Shown here piece after piece: positions 13,081 to 25,180 of a stretch of DNA of 57,810 bases (within the stretch, counting starts at the first letter, position 1; the number at the start of each line of letters is the position of its first letter). Position numbers and translations under genes: made by a program. Location: assembly GCA_965644295.1 (NCBI GenBank), contig CBFFRP010000328.1, positions 1-57,810 of the forward strand, written 5' to 3'. The notes beneath the pieces are model-generated. The model did not search any database and was not told the DNA's origin. It worked only from the letters and a program-made list of their open reading frames with translations. This DNA is from Paraphysomonas bandaiensis (Eukaryota; Protista; Chrysophyceae).

Positions 13081-14169
13081 ATTTTTCTTTTTAAGCGGGG
13101 TTTACATTTTATAGAACTATATATTATATATTGCTTTTGTGTCAACTGTACTTTATCAGTCGACATGTGGTATGTAAATACTTATATATAATGATATTTT
13201 GCCTTTCCTCGCATCTCGATTTTCGATATGAAAACCTATGTGTACTCTACTGATGTGGCTGATACAATAGAAATGAGAAATAAAAGCAAGTTAGAGTGTA
13301 ATTGCTCTTATTTATGCCAATTATAGATTATTATTGATTATTACTCTAATGCAATTACGCAGTACTCCAGAGATGGAAACAACTAATCAAAGTTTCTCGT
13401 CTACGCTTGAGTTTGAGCATAAATTGGAAAACTGTGTAAGTAGATTTAGGGAAATAATGCACTCTTCCAACCTAGAGTGTCTCTTTTCCACACAAATATT
13501 TATTCATTATCAGACCAGTTCAAGCAAGTAAAAAGTAAAGCCACACTTGGGTTTGGTTGTTACCCTTACCCTAACAGATCACAGATCTCAACTACATCTG
13601 CAACGGGAAATATTTCCCAATGTGCATCGTCCAAAGAAATTACTGCTTGTGACACACAGCAACGACATAGTTGCCGTGAGTCGATGCAGATTTTTCGTGG
13701 TCGTCTTTAACATCGAATAAAGGAACGCGAGTAAGTAAAATATGGGTAAATATAGAGATTATCCCATCATATTGGAATATTCCCAGATCCCCTATATCAT
13801 ATACAAAATAATGAGTAAAACTACTACATCATTTCCGCATCGTACATCCGTCTAACAGAGAATAGTATTCATGCAGTTATCGTGACGGAGACATGAAATA
13901 GAGGGCGTTGATAGTATAATGTTCACAGTAAGCGTGCATCCTCAACAATAAGAGCGTTATTTTGTGTTTGTTGGCGCTGAAAACAACACCATCTCGATTC
14001 CAGCTTCACAATGTACATGTGCATGTACATATATACTTACATACATACATACATACATATGAGACGATATGGTCTTATTCCGCTCACCCTATCTCCATAG
14101 AACCGTTGGAACGAAGTGCATAATCTGACCATCTTGCATAATAAGGTTTTCCACCATTGCTCATTACAT

Positions 14170-14748
14170 TCATTGTCTTGCATGATGCTCTTCTTTGTCT
14201 CTGCCTTTTCTGTCCGCTTTGTATCCTTGCTCTTGAACAAGCATTGAGTCACCTTTCCAGTCAAAATGTTCAATCATCAATGAAGCTACTGAAACAGATC
14301 TACTCATCTTATTCCACATCAGTACAAAATATGTCCACATGAACAAGATATAGGACCAACTGCCTGCAATGGCACAGGGAACTAGTAATATCATCTTCGT
14401 CGCTAACATGTTACAGCCATTCATTTTTAACGGACTTTTACCCTCTTCTGGTTTCATGAGTTCTTTCTTCTTCAGTTCATTGATGTCTATCTCGTAGCCA
14501 TCTATTGCCTGGCTTAGTTATACGTACGGTCAAAGTAATCAAGATGCATGTCTTTCGGGAATGGAATCTTCAAATTTTCATCATTACAATATGGCCAACC
14601 TTTGCTTGTATGCTGCTTTCTTTCCTGCTTTAGTTCATATACTATCAGCATTGGAGTCAACAGACACAACCGGCTGTCGGCGTATACGGCCACTTCCTCT
14701 TCCCCTTTGAGGTAACTCTTCCTCCCTGTCTGAATCTGTCTCGTTCAT
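14170..14748 (-). pseudogene. Degenerate tyrosine-recombinase (Crypton/CryptonS-like) transposon fragment
   Basis: 14517-14170 translates as LSQAIDGYEIDINELKKKELMKPEEGKSPL...YFVLMWNKMSRSVSVASLMIEHFDWKGDSMLV...YKADRKG. This resembles my recollection of the stramenopile Crypton YR pattern (EGKxP ... WNLMxRxxS ... HxxWxxDxL ... KxDxxG). There are stops upstream, and the C-terminal HxxR/Y motifs are missing. Confidence 0.6.
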
Positions 14749-15110
14749 GTTTGCAGTAACTATGGTCGAATATTGATATATGCCACTAACGGCTGTCATG
14801 TTCAAGGAGAATAGTGGACTATTCTAACAGTGTTTTACAACTAAATTTCCCTGTAAAATGGTATTTTTGTTATATAAAAGTGCCAGTTTTTGTGTGAAGC
14901 CAAAGGTTTCACATATGCATCAAATATGATATTCTACTATATATTTGGGGGTTTTAGATGAGGAAAAAAACCATAGAGCTTCACATACTATGCAGTCCAT
15001 ACATACAGTACATCTACATACACATACATGCCATAGAAAGTCAATCCAACAGAAGAGTATGCCAATGGTATGATAGCCACATTTACATGTCAAAAATTTA
15101 GACTTGCATA

Positions 15111-15710
15111 ATGGAGCCAGAGAGAGTTATTGAATATGTTCCTGCTAATATTAACGAACCTGATTTTGTGGACCAACTGAGGAGGAGACGTGGTGGTAAA
15201 CTGCTCAACTTAGATCGCGTGCTATTACATAGCCCCAACTTTGCCTTAGCATGGAATTCTATGTTTGGAACTTTACGTGGAAATGCAGTACAAATTAACC
15301 AGAAGTATAAGGAGCTGGCTATATGCGGTATAGCTGTTCTTAATTGTGCTGAATATGAGTTTTATCAGCACGAGCGACCTTGGAGAGATGCCGGAGCTAC
15401 TGATCAACAGGTTGAAGCTATTCGGAATATAAATACTGATCAATTCGACAGTTCATCATTCGATTCTACTGAATTACAGGTACTCTTGATATGTCGTACT
15501 AGAAATGGTTTTAATTACTTTTTACAGGTCATTCAACTTACCATTGAAATGACAAAGAATATTACGACTAGCAGGGATCTGATGATATCTCTGCGCTCGA
15601 TTCTGGGAAAACAGGAGTTAGTGGAGTTAGTTGGAGTTATATCAGGGTATAATATGGTATCTCGATTCCTTGTTGCTTTAGAAATAACTCCCGATGGAGA
15701 AGAGCTGTAG
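15111..15710 (+). CDS. Carboxymuconolactone decarboxylase / AhpD-like protein; probable in-frame intron 15480-15527
   Basis: Motifs RRRGGKLLNLDRVLLHSP...WN, ELAIC.IA.LN.A.YE..QH and ELV.VISGYNMVSRFLVAL. The 48-nt CAG|GTACT...TTTTACAG| segment has intron signals and no stop codon. Confidence 0.85.
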   Translation: MEPERVIEYVPANINEPDFVDQLRRRRGGKLLNLDRVLLHSPNFALAWNSMFGTLRGNAVQINQKYKELAICGIAVLNCAEYEFYQHERPWRDAGATDQQVEAIRNINTDQFDSSSFDSTELQVLLICRTRNGFNYFLQVIQLTIEMTKNITTSRDLMISLRSILGKQELVELVGVISGYNMVSRFLVALEITPDGEEL

Positions 15711-16362
15711 ATACAGCTCTGTCTAGCTCAGTATTTATGTGGTTCTTTTTTTCAGGGCTACATCGTATCCAGAAGGCCAGTTAATATATAATGAAGAAGA
15801 AATCGTCCAGTAGTTTCGTATAAATTTATTCAAGATAATGATCGTTATTTACGTTTGCTGTCTCACTGAAAGATTGTTGCTACTACTTCTCTGATATTTC
15901 AAACATAGTCGACATTTCTAATTCGAATATGTACTGGGCCGAAAATGTTTGGTACTTAGGGATGGCTAAGAGCTATGTACTGATAGTTGAGTAGTCTCCT
16001 ATATGTTTCGTGATCAGAGAGCGTTTGGTGTTTGGACTCATAATATTTTCATTACATCTGGTGGCTAGGGGTGGTCAGGTCTAGCTGCTGAATGTTTGTA
16101 CAATTGTAAGCGCACCCCTATTCTACCATGCATGCATATACGTCAATACCATACATAACATAAGAGTTTCAACTTGTGGTCAAAGTGGATGATTATTACG
16201 AAAGGGACATAAGGAATTGTTAGAGGTAGTCTAAATACTCAAATCGATACAGCATCCCTTATTCGAATATAATTACTATATCTATTTTAAAGGAAAGTGA
16301 ATAAACTCTCCTTCACAAATATATAGTTGCTTTGAGTGATAACAATTACATACAGCTATATA

Positions 16363-17360
16363 TGAAAGTCTTATTATTAGCAGGCGTCGAGAATTAGCAC
16401 CAAATAATTAGCTAAATGAAAACTAGTCAAGCTTGTTAATGGTTGCACCAAGGTGCTTGCAGCAATGCACAAGCAGTCCCGAGACAACTGAGCATTTCGT
16501 AATCTGTGTTCTTATCACTAGTCTAGAATAATAGATAGACAAATGCAACAAGTTCTCTCATGTAATAATCAGATCTTTTATATCAAGCTTGTTAGACTTC
16601 AACCTGTAACTAACTAGCTATAACTAGTACAAATTCTGGTATCCTAATATTTAACGCTACGAAAGCTGCTTGTGCGTCGCCGCAAGTACCAAGGTGCGAC
16701 CACTTCCGTGCTTGTATGTGAGAGAAAAGAACTCTATAGATTTGTGTCCTGGAAGTGCAGATGAGGTTAGTCTGGGGTCTGAGGGGTGTCCCTTAGACCC
16801 AGTAAACAAACAACCAACAATTTCCGTCGTGTTTTGCTACGTTCCTGACGTGGTCTGGGGGGAAGTCTATGTGGCCTTTTGGGTGTAGTAACGTAACGAC
16901 GACTGCGGTATTGAATCATTAGACAGGCCGCAACGTCAAGCGGCTGGAGAAGATTGGCAACTGCTATTTCTTGAGTACGAAGTCTTCGCGAGTTTAAAGC
17001 ACAGTTGTATTGAGCGCCAAACACATTCTTTCGGTAATAGTCCCACCAGAATTGCTCAACCTGCGGTATTGAAGTATTCCAGGCTCTACTGGAGAGTCTC
17101 TTGGGAATGGCGACACTCCAACAAGTTAGTAGGGCCGGGTCTCGTTGTAGTTCTCGGAGTCTCTCCTTGTGCTTTTGAAAGGCATATTTTCGTATCTGTA
17201 AGATGGAGTCATGTGGACTATCAAGACACGTATGTTTGAGAGAGTCAGGTCGGAAACCACAGTCGGAGCATGATGTGGCTTTTTGTTCAGGTCTAATAAG
17301 CCAAGTTTAGTTTTTGCCCGGTTCCTACCAAAATGCTGAAGGATTTGTCTCATGTCAAGG
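16363..17360 (-). mobile_element. Degenerate 5'-truncated non-LTR-like retroposon (family copy A), containing nested copy B
   Basis: With 16439-16594 removed, 16363-16708 aligns with the element end at 53666-53852. An ORF remnant at 16767-17024 ends ...QTPD just upstream of the conserved motif. The right boundary is approximate. Confidence 0.6.
16439..16582 (+). mobile_element. 144-bp minimal retroposon (copy B) with a 12-bp TSD
   Basis: Flanked by tcaagcttgtta at 16427-16438 and 16583-16594. It starts at the conserved ggttgcacc..ggtgcttgc motif and ends with the family's taataatcaga terminus. Confidence 0.75.
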
Positions 17361-17409
17361 CTTCATTGAGTATGGTTAACTATATAACACTTATTAGCTT
17401 ACTTAAGGA

Positions 17410-17900
17410 GTAGTAGTGAGCAGTAAATGTCATATTAGTAGCAATAGGAGTTTAAGATCAGTGATTAACTCTGATATCCTACTATTTAACGTCACCGCAA
17501 GCACCAAGGGCAATTACTTTTGCTCTATTACTATTGCTCAAAGTAAATGCAGTGAGCAAGCAGAATGTTGATATACCTGACATCTGATCACTTCAGGATT
17601 TTTGAGTCTTTAAGGTGAACAGCCCGGATGCTTGACTTCAGCAGGCAGCCCAATACCCTGGATGTCTGTTTATTCGTTAAGGCCCAAAGACGTCTACACA
17701 AGTGACATTAATGTAAGTGTCACTTGTACCACACAAGCATTCAGCTATGAGTGGGCTGAAAATTACCTGCTGACTATATATCTATAATCTACATATGCGG
17801 CTCATGTTAGTTTCCCGGAGAAATATCTCCGGTTCTTATCTCCCAGAACGCCACAAAAAGGTGCTAGTTCGACTTTGTTGAGGGCTCATTTAAGAATAAG
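17410..17900 (-). mobile_element. Retroposon family copy C (3' end plus body)
   Basis: 17410-17510 matches the family terminus, with part of the motif deleted. 17610-17885 is the reverse complement of 24422-24710. Confidence 0.7.
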
Positions 17901-19857
17901 TAGTTTATAATTAGAATAATGTTTTCAGGAAGCAAAAAGGAATAAACTTGTTTGTTTAATACTGATCCAATTTAGAGAAAACGATCTAATACAAGATATG
18001 ATAGATAAGACGAACGAAGGAATAATAAAGAATGTATCTTAGTAATATTAAAACAATGTTGTGATTATTAGAGTGTAAAGTGATGAACACAGTAGAGTGA
18101 GAATTATGAATAACAATATATCACTATCATGCACAACGGAATAGTTAGAAGCGTAACTGATAATGACGATGATATGATGACGATCATGTATCTTCAACAG
18201 ATACTCTCTCTAATTCAGTTCATCATATATTTCATTGAACATTATAACTCACAGGTACAATCTTGTATTAAGCTGAATCCTAATAGGAATGAACTATAGT
18301 TGGGTTAAATTAAGTAGTCAACATGCAATGCATACACGCCTATTGTTACATAAAGAGAAATATATTTACATAGTGTCTATTAATCTTGTATTACTAAAGA
18401 GCGTATAAATTAGCTCATTTTTGCTTTGTGAAGACATATTCTAATTTTAAAATTTTTTGTTTAATAGGCTTAAAATATATTGAACATCTCATAAGTAGCC
18501 ATAAAAATTAGTATAGAGATAGTAAATTTTAATCAAAATTTAACACACGCTTAAGCAATTCTTCTACTTTTTAATGCTTTGAAAAAGAATGCATTGCCTG
18601 TAAATAACCCATTCCCCCATAGGAGCCCTGAAAAACTCAGCACATATCGTTTCATCTACTTTACTCACCGCTCTTAACAAGAGAACCGTATAGACACTGC
18701 AGCAATACGATTGGTCGTTTAATCTGGAGGAATTATGAATTCAACACGATCCGTACGGTCCTTGTTCGACTCAGAAGTATGACTTTTTCGTAGTCACTCA
18801 AGAATTTCCAATACTAGATGCTCTCGTAGGTATTTGCTTCCATATTTCGTCTACCCTGAGAAGAATGTCGCGCATTCGATAATCATCCAGTCACTGATAT
18901 TGCTTTAGAATTTGGGCATATACTCCAGTAGAGGCTCCATAGAAAGTCCACACACTGCCTATGTCAACATTAACTAATGAATAAGTGGGAGGAGGGGAGT
19001 GTCACAATCTCCATATTTCCCTTAGCAGTACATATTGAGCAACAGTATAGTCCACACACAGAGGTTCGTACATTCTCATATATTATCCATTGCGCATTGA
19101 TGGTACAGAGTGCTGGTTCCCCAAGTAACCAAGCAATCCTTCCATCGGTTACCCCATGCAAGGCCCAAAACAAAGTTGTAAAGATCAATAGATATCTTTG
19201 CAAACAATAATTTAGTTCATCGTTTGCGCGATTGGAAGGAATAGTGGAGATGCTTGACCGTCTCTATCGCCATACTGCAATGCGGCCCTACCCCCATTAC
19301 AGAGAAGTATATGTTATGAGTGTTCCCTTGAACAGCTGCCGCGACCTATTAAAATCTCACTTGTATTCATGGCAATAAGGATATATTGATGTGTTCTTTA
19401 AGTAGTGTCTAGATATACATGTATGTGCCTTTGCTTCTTCTGCCTTGGATCCATGTCAGTTCAGGTACGCACATAAAACACGTATGGATATACTGTTCTC
19501 GAAAATGCCTATTTTCTATTGGAAATCGCTAAATACTGCCGATATTAGTGCATTAGATCTGTATCTGCTGCTCGTGCAGTGTGTATGAATCTATGACGGA
19601 ATTGAAGTGTGGAACACGGCATCACATAAATTCAGTGGTTCCCAAATCTTTTCTGCACATGTCGCCAAAATAATGCACATGGGAATGCCCACTCTCGGTA
19701 TACATACATACTGTACATACACACCTATCATACCATACCATACCATACCATACACTCGTGTTTCTTCTGCTTACAAGATCATCATTATCTTGAACTGCAT
19801 TTGCATTCTATTAAACCAGACGTGACCTGATATTGTACAAAATACATTACAATTGTA

Positions 19858-22800
19858 ATGTCCACCCCTGCAGCCTTTGTGTCATTGAAACCAGGGACAA
19901 GCACTGGTGCGTCTCGTACCCGCACCATGTCAGGGGAGTTAGCGGAAGTTCTTATGGAAGAAATCGCAGCCCAGCAATCGGAAACAGGTGCCTGATACTA
20001 TTTCTTTTTTTGTCATGTGTGTAAGTCTTATGGTACAGTGAGGACGATCGTGCCGTGGTTTCTGAATGAAATGCCGGTGAGTTCGATCGATACCATGCGA
20101 TTATATATGTGTTTAACTGCTGATTTACAGCAATCTTATTTTAAACAAATTAGAGATGAACTACAGCGCAGACATATCAAAGCTATCGCTGCACTGCATG
20201 ACTTGGGTGTTAAGAGTGATCTGAGTATGCAGATCGTTACAAAGTCTGAAGATGCCACTGAAGTAACCTGCATAAATACTCACACTGCACCAGGTGCACT
20301 CAAGGAAAATGTATTAAACCGTTAAGTGTATTCAACTGTCACTAATTTATATTGGATTTTGTAGTTGGTTAATTTGCCCACATTTGCGGACTACAATATG
20401 ACCAAAGTCCAAGTATTTTCATCACATTATCGTGAATTCTGCATCAATGTGTTTACATTTACTCCACTGAATGAATTCCGCCAAGCCTCTATTGAACAGG
20501 CCGAACATATATTGAGTTTCGTGGATGAAGTAAGAATGGGGAAGCACGTTACGAATAATACTATTCCGCAATTTTCGTCGATATTCGAGGCACCAGCTCT
20601 GAAGGAATATGTTATAAAATGCACTCCTGAATATATTTCGAACTCCTCCCCTCGTCGGTTTATGATTCAACGAGAACTATACGAAAAAGTTCGAGGAAGT
20701 GATAATTCTGCTGTTCATTTTGAGAATTATTTGGGTGCAGAGACTATGTGGTACATGGGACCATCTTCGGAAAGCAGTGCCTGGATAACCATAGCCGCCG
20801 GAAATGTGATGCCTGCCGTGCTATTGAGATCAGCCTCCAGTATGCTGAGTGCTAGAGGCATTGACATTTCACGTGTGCATTTGGATCAGATTTTGGATGA
20901 TGAGAATTCAATTCCAGCAGATGGGGACAAACCTCGCTCGCCAGGGTATGTAACTATGGTACGACTGATGATTACTCCCAATCCTTCAGTTCCTTCTTCC
21001 GCCAATCCAGACTTCGGTCCCGATTTCATTCCGACGCTAACGAAGGATTTAAAGAGAGCCAAATGGTTGGATGACACAACGATGGAACTAGGTATGGTTT
21101 ATAGTACTAATGCGTGCACGTCGAATTATATGTCGCCTTGTGTGTGTTTGCTCTGGCTATAACTGATATAGTGGTTTAGGTCTTGTCACATGTCCTCAGA
21201 TGGGTGTTGACAAAGCAGAAGTTATCACTGCTCTAAGTTGTATGCTTCATGGCCCTTTGAATAAAATGGTGAAAGGCTCATTTCCGTCCTCCAAAGCTAT
21301 TGTGAACGAAATCACGAGTCATCCGTTGCTTGTGTCCCATGCAATGAGCATCGCGGATATATTTCTAGATAGATTCAGGCCAGGACGTAGTGAAGCAGAG
21401 CAAAAACAAACTGAAGAATTAATCGAGAGTCGTGCTGATCAATTGCGAAAACAACTCCACAATGTTCCCAACAATGCTGCACGTATAGCTCTTGAAAAAA
21501 TGCTGGATGCTGTGTTTTTAACTCTTCGCACAAATTTCTACTTTGAAGATAGATGGGCACTTTCCCTTCGAATCGACCCGATTGCGATGTTCACCCCTGA
21601 TGAGATAGAAAACAACAAGCCAGTTCCGTACGGTGTATTTTTTTCCCATGGCAGGAGGTTCAATGGTTTTCACAATCGCTTTCGTGATATCGCTAGGGGA
21701 GGATTGCGCATAGTCACTCCATCAGATGCAGAGGCACGTAGTTTGGAAAGTACGAAACACTTTGATGAAGTATGGGGGCTAAGTTACGCCCAGCAGCAAA
21801 AGAACAAGGACATTCCTGAAGGTGGTGCAAAGGCTGTAATACAAATCGATACACCGAGCATCCCGAAAGAGTATTGGGATTTCACCAAACGCAAGTCCGT
21901 CAAGTCGTTTGTTGATTCTATTCTTGATTTGATTGTTCGCGATGAAAACTTTTATCGTAATGTGGTAGATTATTTTCCTGATACGAAAGCTTATAACAAA
22001 GATGAATTGATCTATCTAGGGCCTGATGAGCAGGTTATCACGGCAGATATTGATTGGATCACGAAGCGCGCTGGAGAGCGTGGATACCCACTTCCTGCAG
22101 CATTCATGTCTTCAAAGAAGGATGCGGGGTTCAATCATAAACAGTATGGCGTCACATCTGAGGGGGTTGTAACTTTCTTGTATGTGGCGTTGTTGCGCCG
22201 GCTGAACATCGATCCCTACAAACAGCCATTTACAGTCAAAATTACTGGCGGACCGGATGGGGATGTTGCAGGAAATTTGATTAAGATTTTATTTCGTGAA
22301 TATGGCACAAACTGTCGAGTTGTAGGTATTGCTGATGGTTTCGGGGTTGCCGAAGATCCGAATGGCTTAGATAAGGACGAATTGTTGCGTTTGGTTGCTG
22401 AAGGCCGTCCGATATCATTTTTTAACACGCAAAAACTATCTCCTGCTGGAATTATGATGAAAGTTGTGCCAGGAGATTCAGAAGCGAACAATCGTCGTAA
22501 TACAATGGCTTGTCGTGTTAAGGCAGATGTATTTGTTCCAGGGGGGGGTCGCCCAAATGCCATCAACGCAGATAATTGGGCAGATTTCCTCGATCCTGTC
22601 ACCAGAGAGCCGTCATCATCACTTGTGGTAGAGGGAGCCAATTTATTCTTCAGCCCTGATGCCAGGGCTGCCCTACATGAAGCCGGAGTATCTATCGTCA
22701 AAGATTCATCGGCGAACAAATGCGGTGTTGTCACGTCGTCTTGTGAGATAGTGACTTCCATGCTTCTCACCAAACAAGAATTTCTAGACAATAAATCAGA

Positions 22801-23329
22801 CCTCATTGCTGATGTACTGAAAATACTACGTCGAATTGCCAAAGCTGAAGCCGAAATGTTGTTTCACCTATATGAGAACTATCCTGGAAGTTTACCACAC
22901 TTTTCTGAAAGGATATCGAATGCAATTAATCGTGTCACCGATGCGATTACTGTAGAGTTGCAAGATTACAGTCCCGGCGACGATCTATTCGAGGAGTTAT
23001 TTCCTATTATTCGAAGTAACTTACCTGAGAAGCTTGCTGTTATGGCTTGGGACCGTGCTCGTACTCACCTGCCACTCCAGTACCAGAAAAATGCAATTGC
23101 TTCTGGGCTTGCGAGTCATTTGGTGTACACCGAAGGCATTCATTTGGTGGAATCGCAGCCAGATGAACTTTTGGCTAAGCGCGCATTTGCCTACTACAGA
23201 GCAGAGCAGGTTATGAAGAACCTTGTGAGTAGTCTGGAGTCTGGCTGTCCTTCACCGGAAGATATGGCTTCCGCAATCAAGTTTCTTAAAGTTGGTGGAG
23301 CCAGAACTATATTCGAATTACATGAATAA
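19858..23329 (+). CDS. Large NAD-specific glutamate dehydrogenase (GDH2-type); exons 19858-19987, 20039-20076, 20131-20310, 20365-21091, 21180-23329
   Basis: Motifs FNGFHNRFRDIARGGLR, QQQKNKDIPEGGAK, YLGPDE, HKQYGVTSEGV, TGGPDGDVAGN, VEGANLF and KDSSANKCGVVTSS. Four GT-AG introns join the ORFs in frame. Confidence 0.93.
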
Positions 23330-23754
23330 TTCTTATGATGGCATTTATAATGCCAATCATTCAACGAGTTAGTAGTGATTAGATATGTAACGATAAAATA
23401 CTTGGCTACATGGTACTTTTGGAGCTTAACTCTTTCACAAAGTAATATGAAAAAGTATTTCGGACAAAACCGTATTTGCTGTGATTTGTGGGAAGCCAAA
23501 AGAGATATTCAAAAGTCGGTGTGTATTGTGTGTGTGGTTTGTAAACTGCTGAAGATAAAAAGAACAATAATGGAATAGGCATCTCACGGCGCTCTCACTT
23601 CAATACTGGCATTGTGCAGTTGAGAAATTTACAATGCACTATCTAGCGGTAAAATTTCAAACGTGAACACAATTTCTTGTAGTATAAACGCTTATTTATT
23701 GGGATAGCAAGTAAAAATTGCAATTATATTGACTACAACTGCGCCAATTAATAG

Positions 23755-23868
23755 ACCTTTTCGTGGTGTTCTGGGCGATAAGTACCGGACATATTTCTCC
23801 GGGAAACTAACGTGAGCCGTCTATACATAGTCAGTAGATATTGTTCTGCTTAGTCATAGCCAAATGCT
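23755..23868 (+). repeat. Retroposon family copy D (internal fragment)
   Basis: ccttttcgtggtgttctgggcgataagtac...gtcatagccaaatgct is homologous to 24445-24557 and to the reverse complement of ~17735-17862. Confidence 0.75.
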
Positions 23869-24419
23869 AAATTAGGTCTGAATCTGAAACACCTATATGC
23901 TAATAATAAGACATTCACTCCTACCATTCTACGTACAAGCAGAAAGTCTATCATTCACACTAAAGGATTAATAGATGTTACAGTCTCCAACGTTAAGTAA
24001 TATCATTGATAAACGTAATGATTTTGGCGAGTGATAGTCACGAATGTTAGAAAATGATCTAACCGAACAAAATTTTCACTCTATGCTAATAATATAAATT
24101 ATAATCAATATCTCTTATCTTTTACCAGTTTCATGTTATCTTTACTTCCACTCATTTCTCTTATGATCTTATTTCGTCGTTCACTTGCATCGTCACTCCT
24201 ATATTCCGTTTCACTATTATATACTCATCGTCACGATATATTAACTCTCATAATACAGTTATAATATAAGTACCTTGCATGTACAGCTTACAATTCTCTC
24301 AAATAGGAGCAAAACTCAAAACGAATGTAAAGCATGAGTGTAAACACAAAAGTATATATGTTGTATCTGCTCAAAGCATGAGGATGATAACGCAGCATCA
24401 CTATATATCTATAATGAAC

Positions 24420-24873
24420 TCTCCTCAACAAAGTCGGGCACGCACCTTTTAGTGGTGTTCTGGGGGATAAGTACAGGCCGTATTTCTCCGGGAGACTAAC
24501 ATGAGACGCATATACATAGTCAGCAGATACTGTTCTGCCTAGTCATAGCCAAATGCTTGTGTGGTTCAAGTGACGCTAATAGTATCACTTGTGAAGACGT
24601 CTTTGGGCCTTGACGAATAAACAGGCATCCGGGAATGGGCCCACCTCCAGGGCACCCGGGGTATTGGACTGCCTACTGAAGTCAAGCATCCGTGCTAGTT
24701 CACCTTAAGGACAGAGAGCTAACGTGGTTGCACCTTGGTGCTTGCGGTGACGCACAAGCAGCTTTCATAGCGCTAAAGTAGAACATCAGAGTTAAGAACT
24801 AGTGAGTTAACTTGTTTTACTGAATTTGTTTTGACTCTTAGACGCCTGTTGCTAATAATCAGATATTCACTAC
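24420..24873 (+). mobile_element. Retroposon family copy E (body plus 3' terminus)
   Basis: Conserved motif at 24724-24783; terminus gctaataatcagatattcactac at 24851-24873; body homologous to copy C in the opposite orientation. Confidence 0.75.
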
Positions 24874-25180
24874 TATTATGAAGTCGCAACCTAAATATAG
24901 CTACATCAAAGCTATGAGAAGTGTACATATCAATATGCTCGTCTGGATATATTATATTAGAGGCCAAGTATGATAGCTTAGGAGTTGGGGAGGTTTTGAG
25001 ACAACCATACCAAAACATCCAACATCCAAATACGTGAAAGTATCTCGCTTTTAAACATTCATATAATACAACACTAAATGTAACCATCATGTTATACACT
25101 TGTACAGATTATATATCCGACTACAGCCGAACTTTTTTATGATATACTAATATCATACAATAAAATAGATTATTGGCATA

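Noticed and set aside
14010-14060. (TACA)n microsatellite, and (TACCA)n near 19728-19753
   Set aside because: Short, ordinary simple repeats.
22216-22842. 208-aa ORF antisense to the glutamate dehydrogenase
   Set aside because: It lies wholly opposite a conserved CDS and has no motif of its own.
24724-24795. Hammerhead or twister ribozyme reading of the motif's opposite strand (CUGAUG...GAAA; UAA...AAGC)
   Set aside because: The CUGANGA core is not conserved among copies and the required helices could not be built by eye. The covariation supports the other strand.
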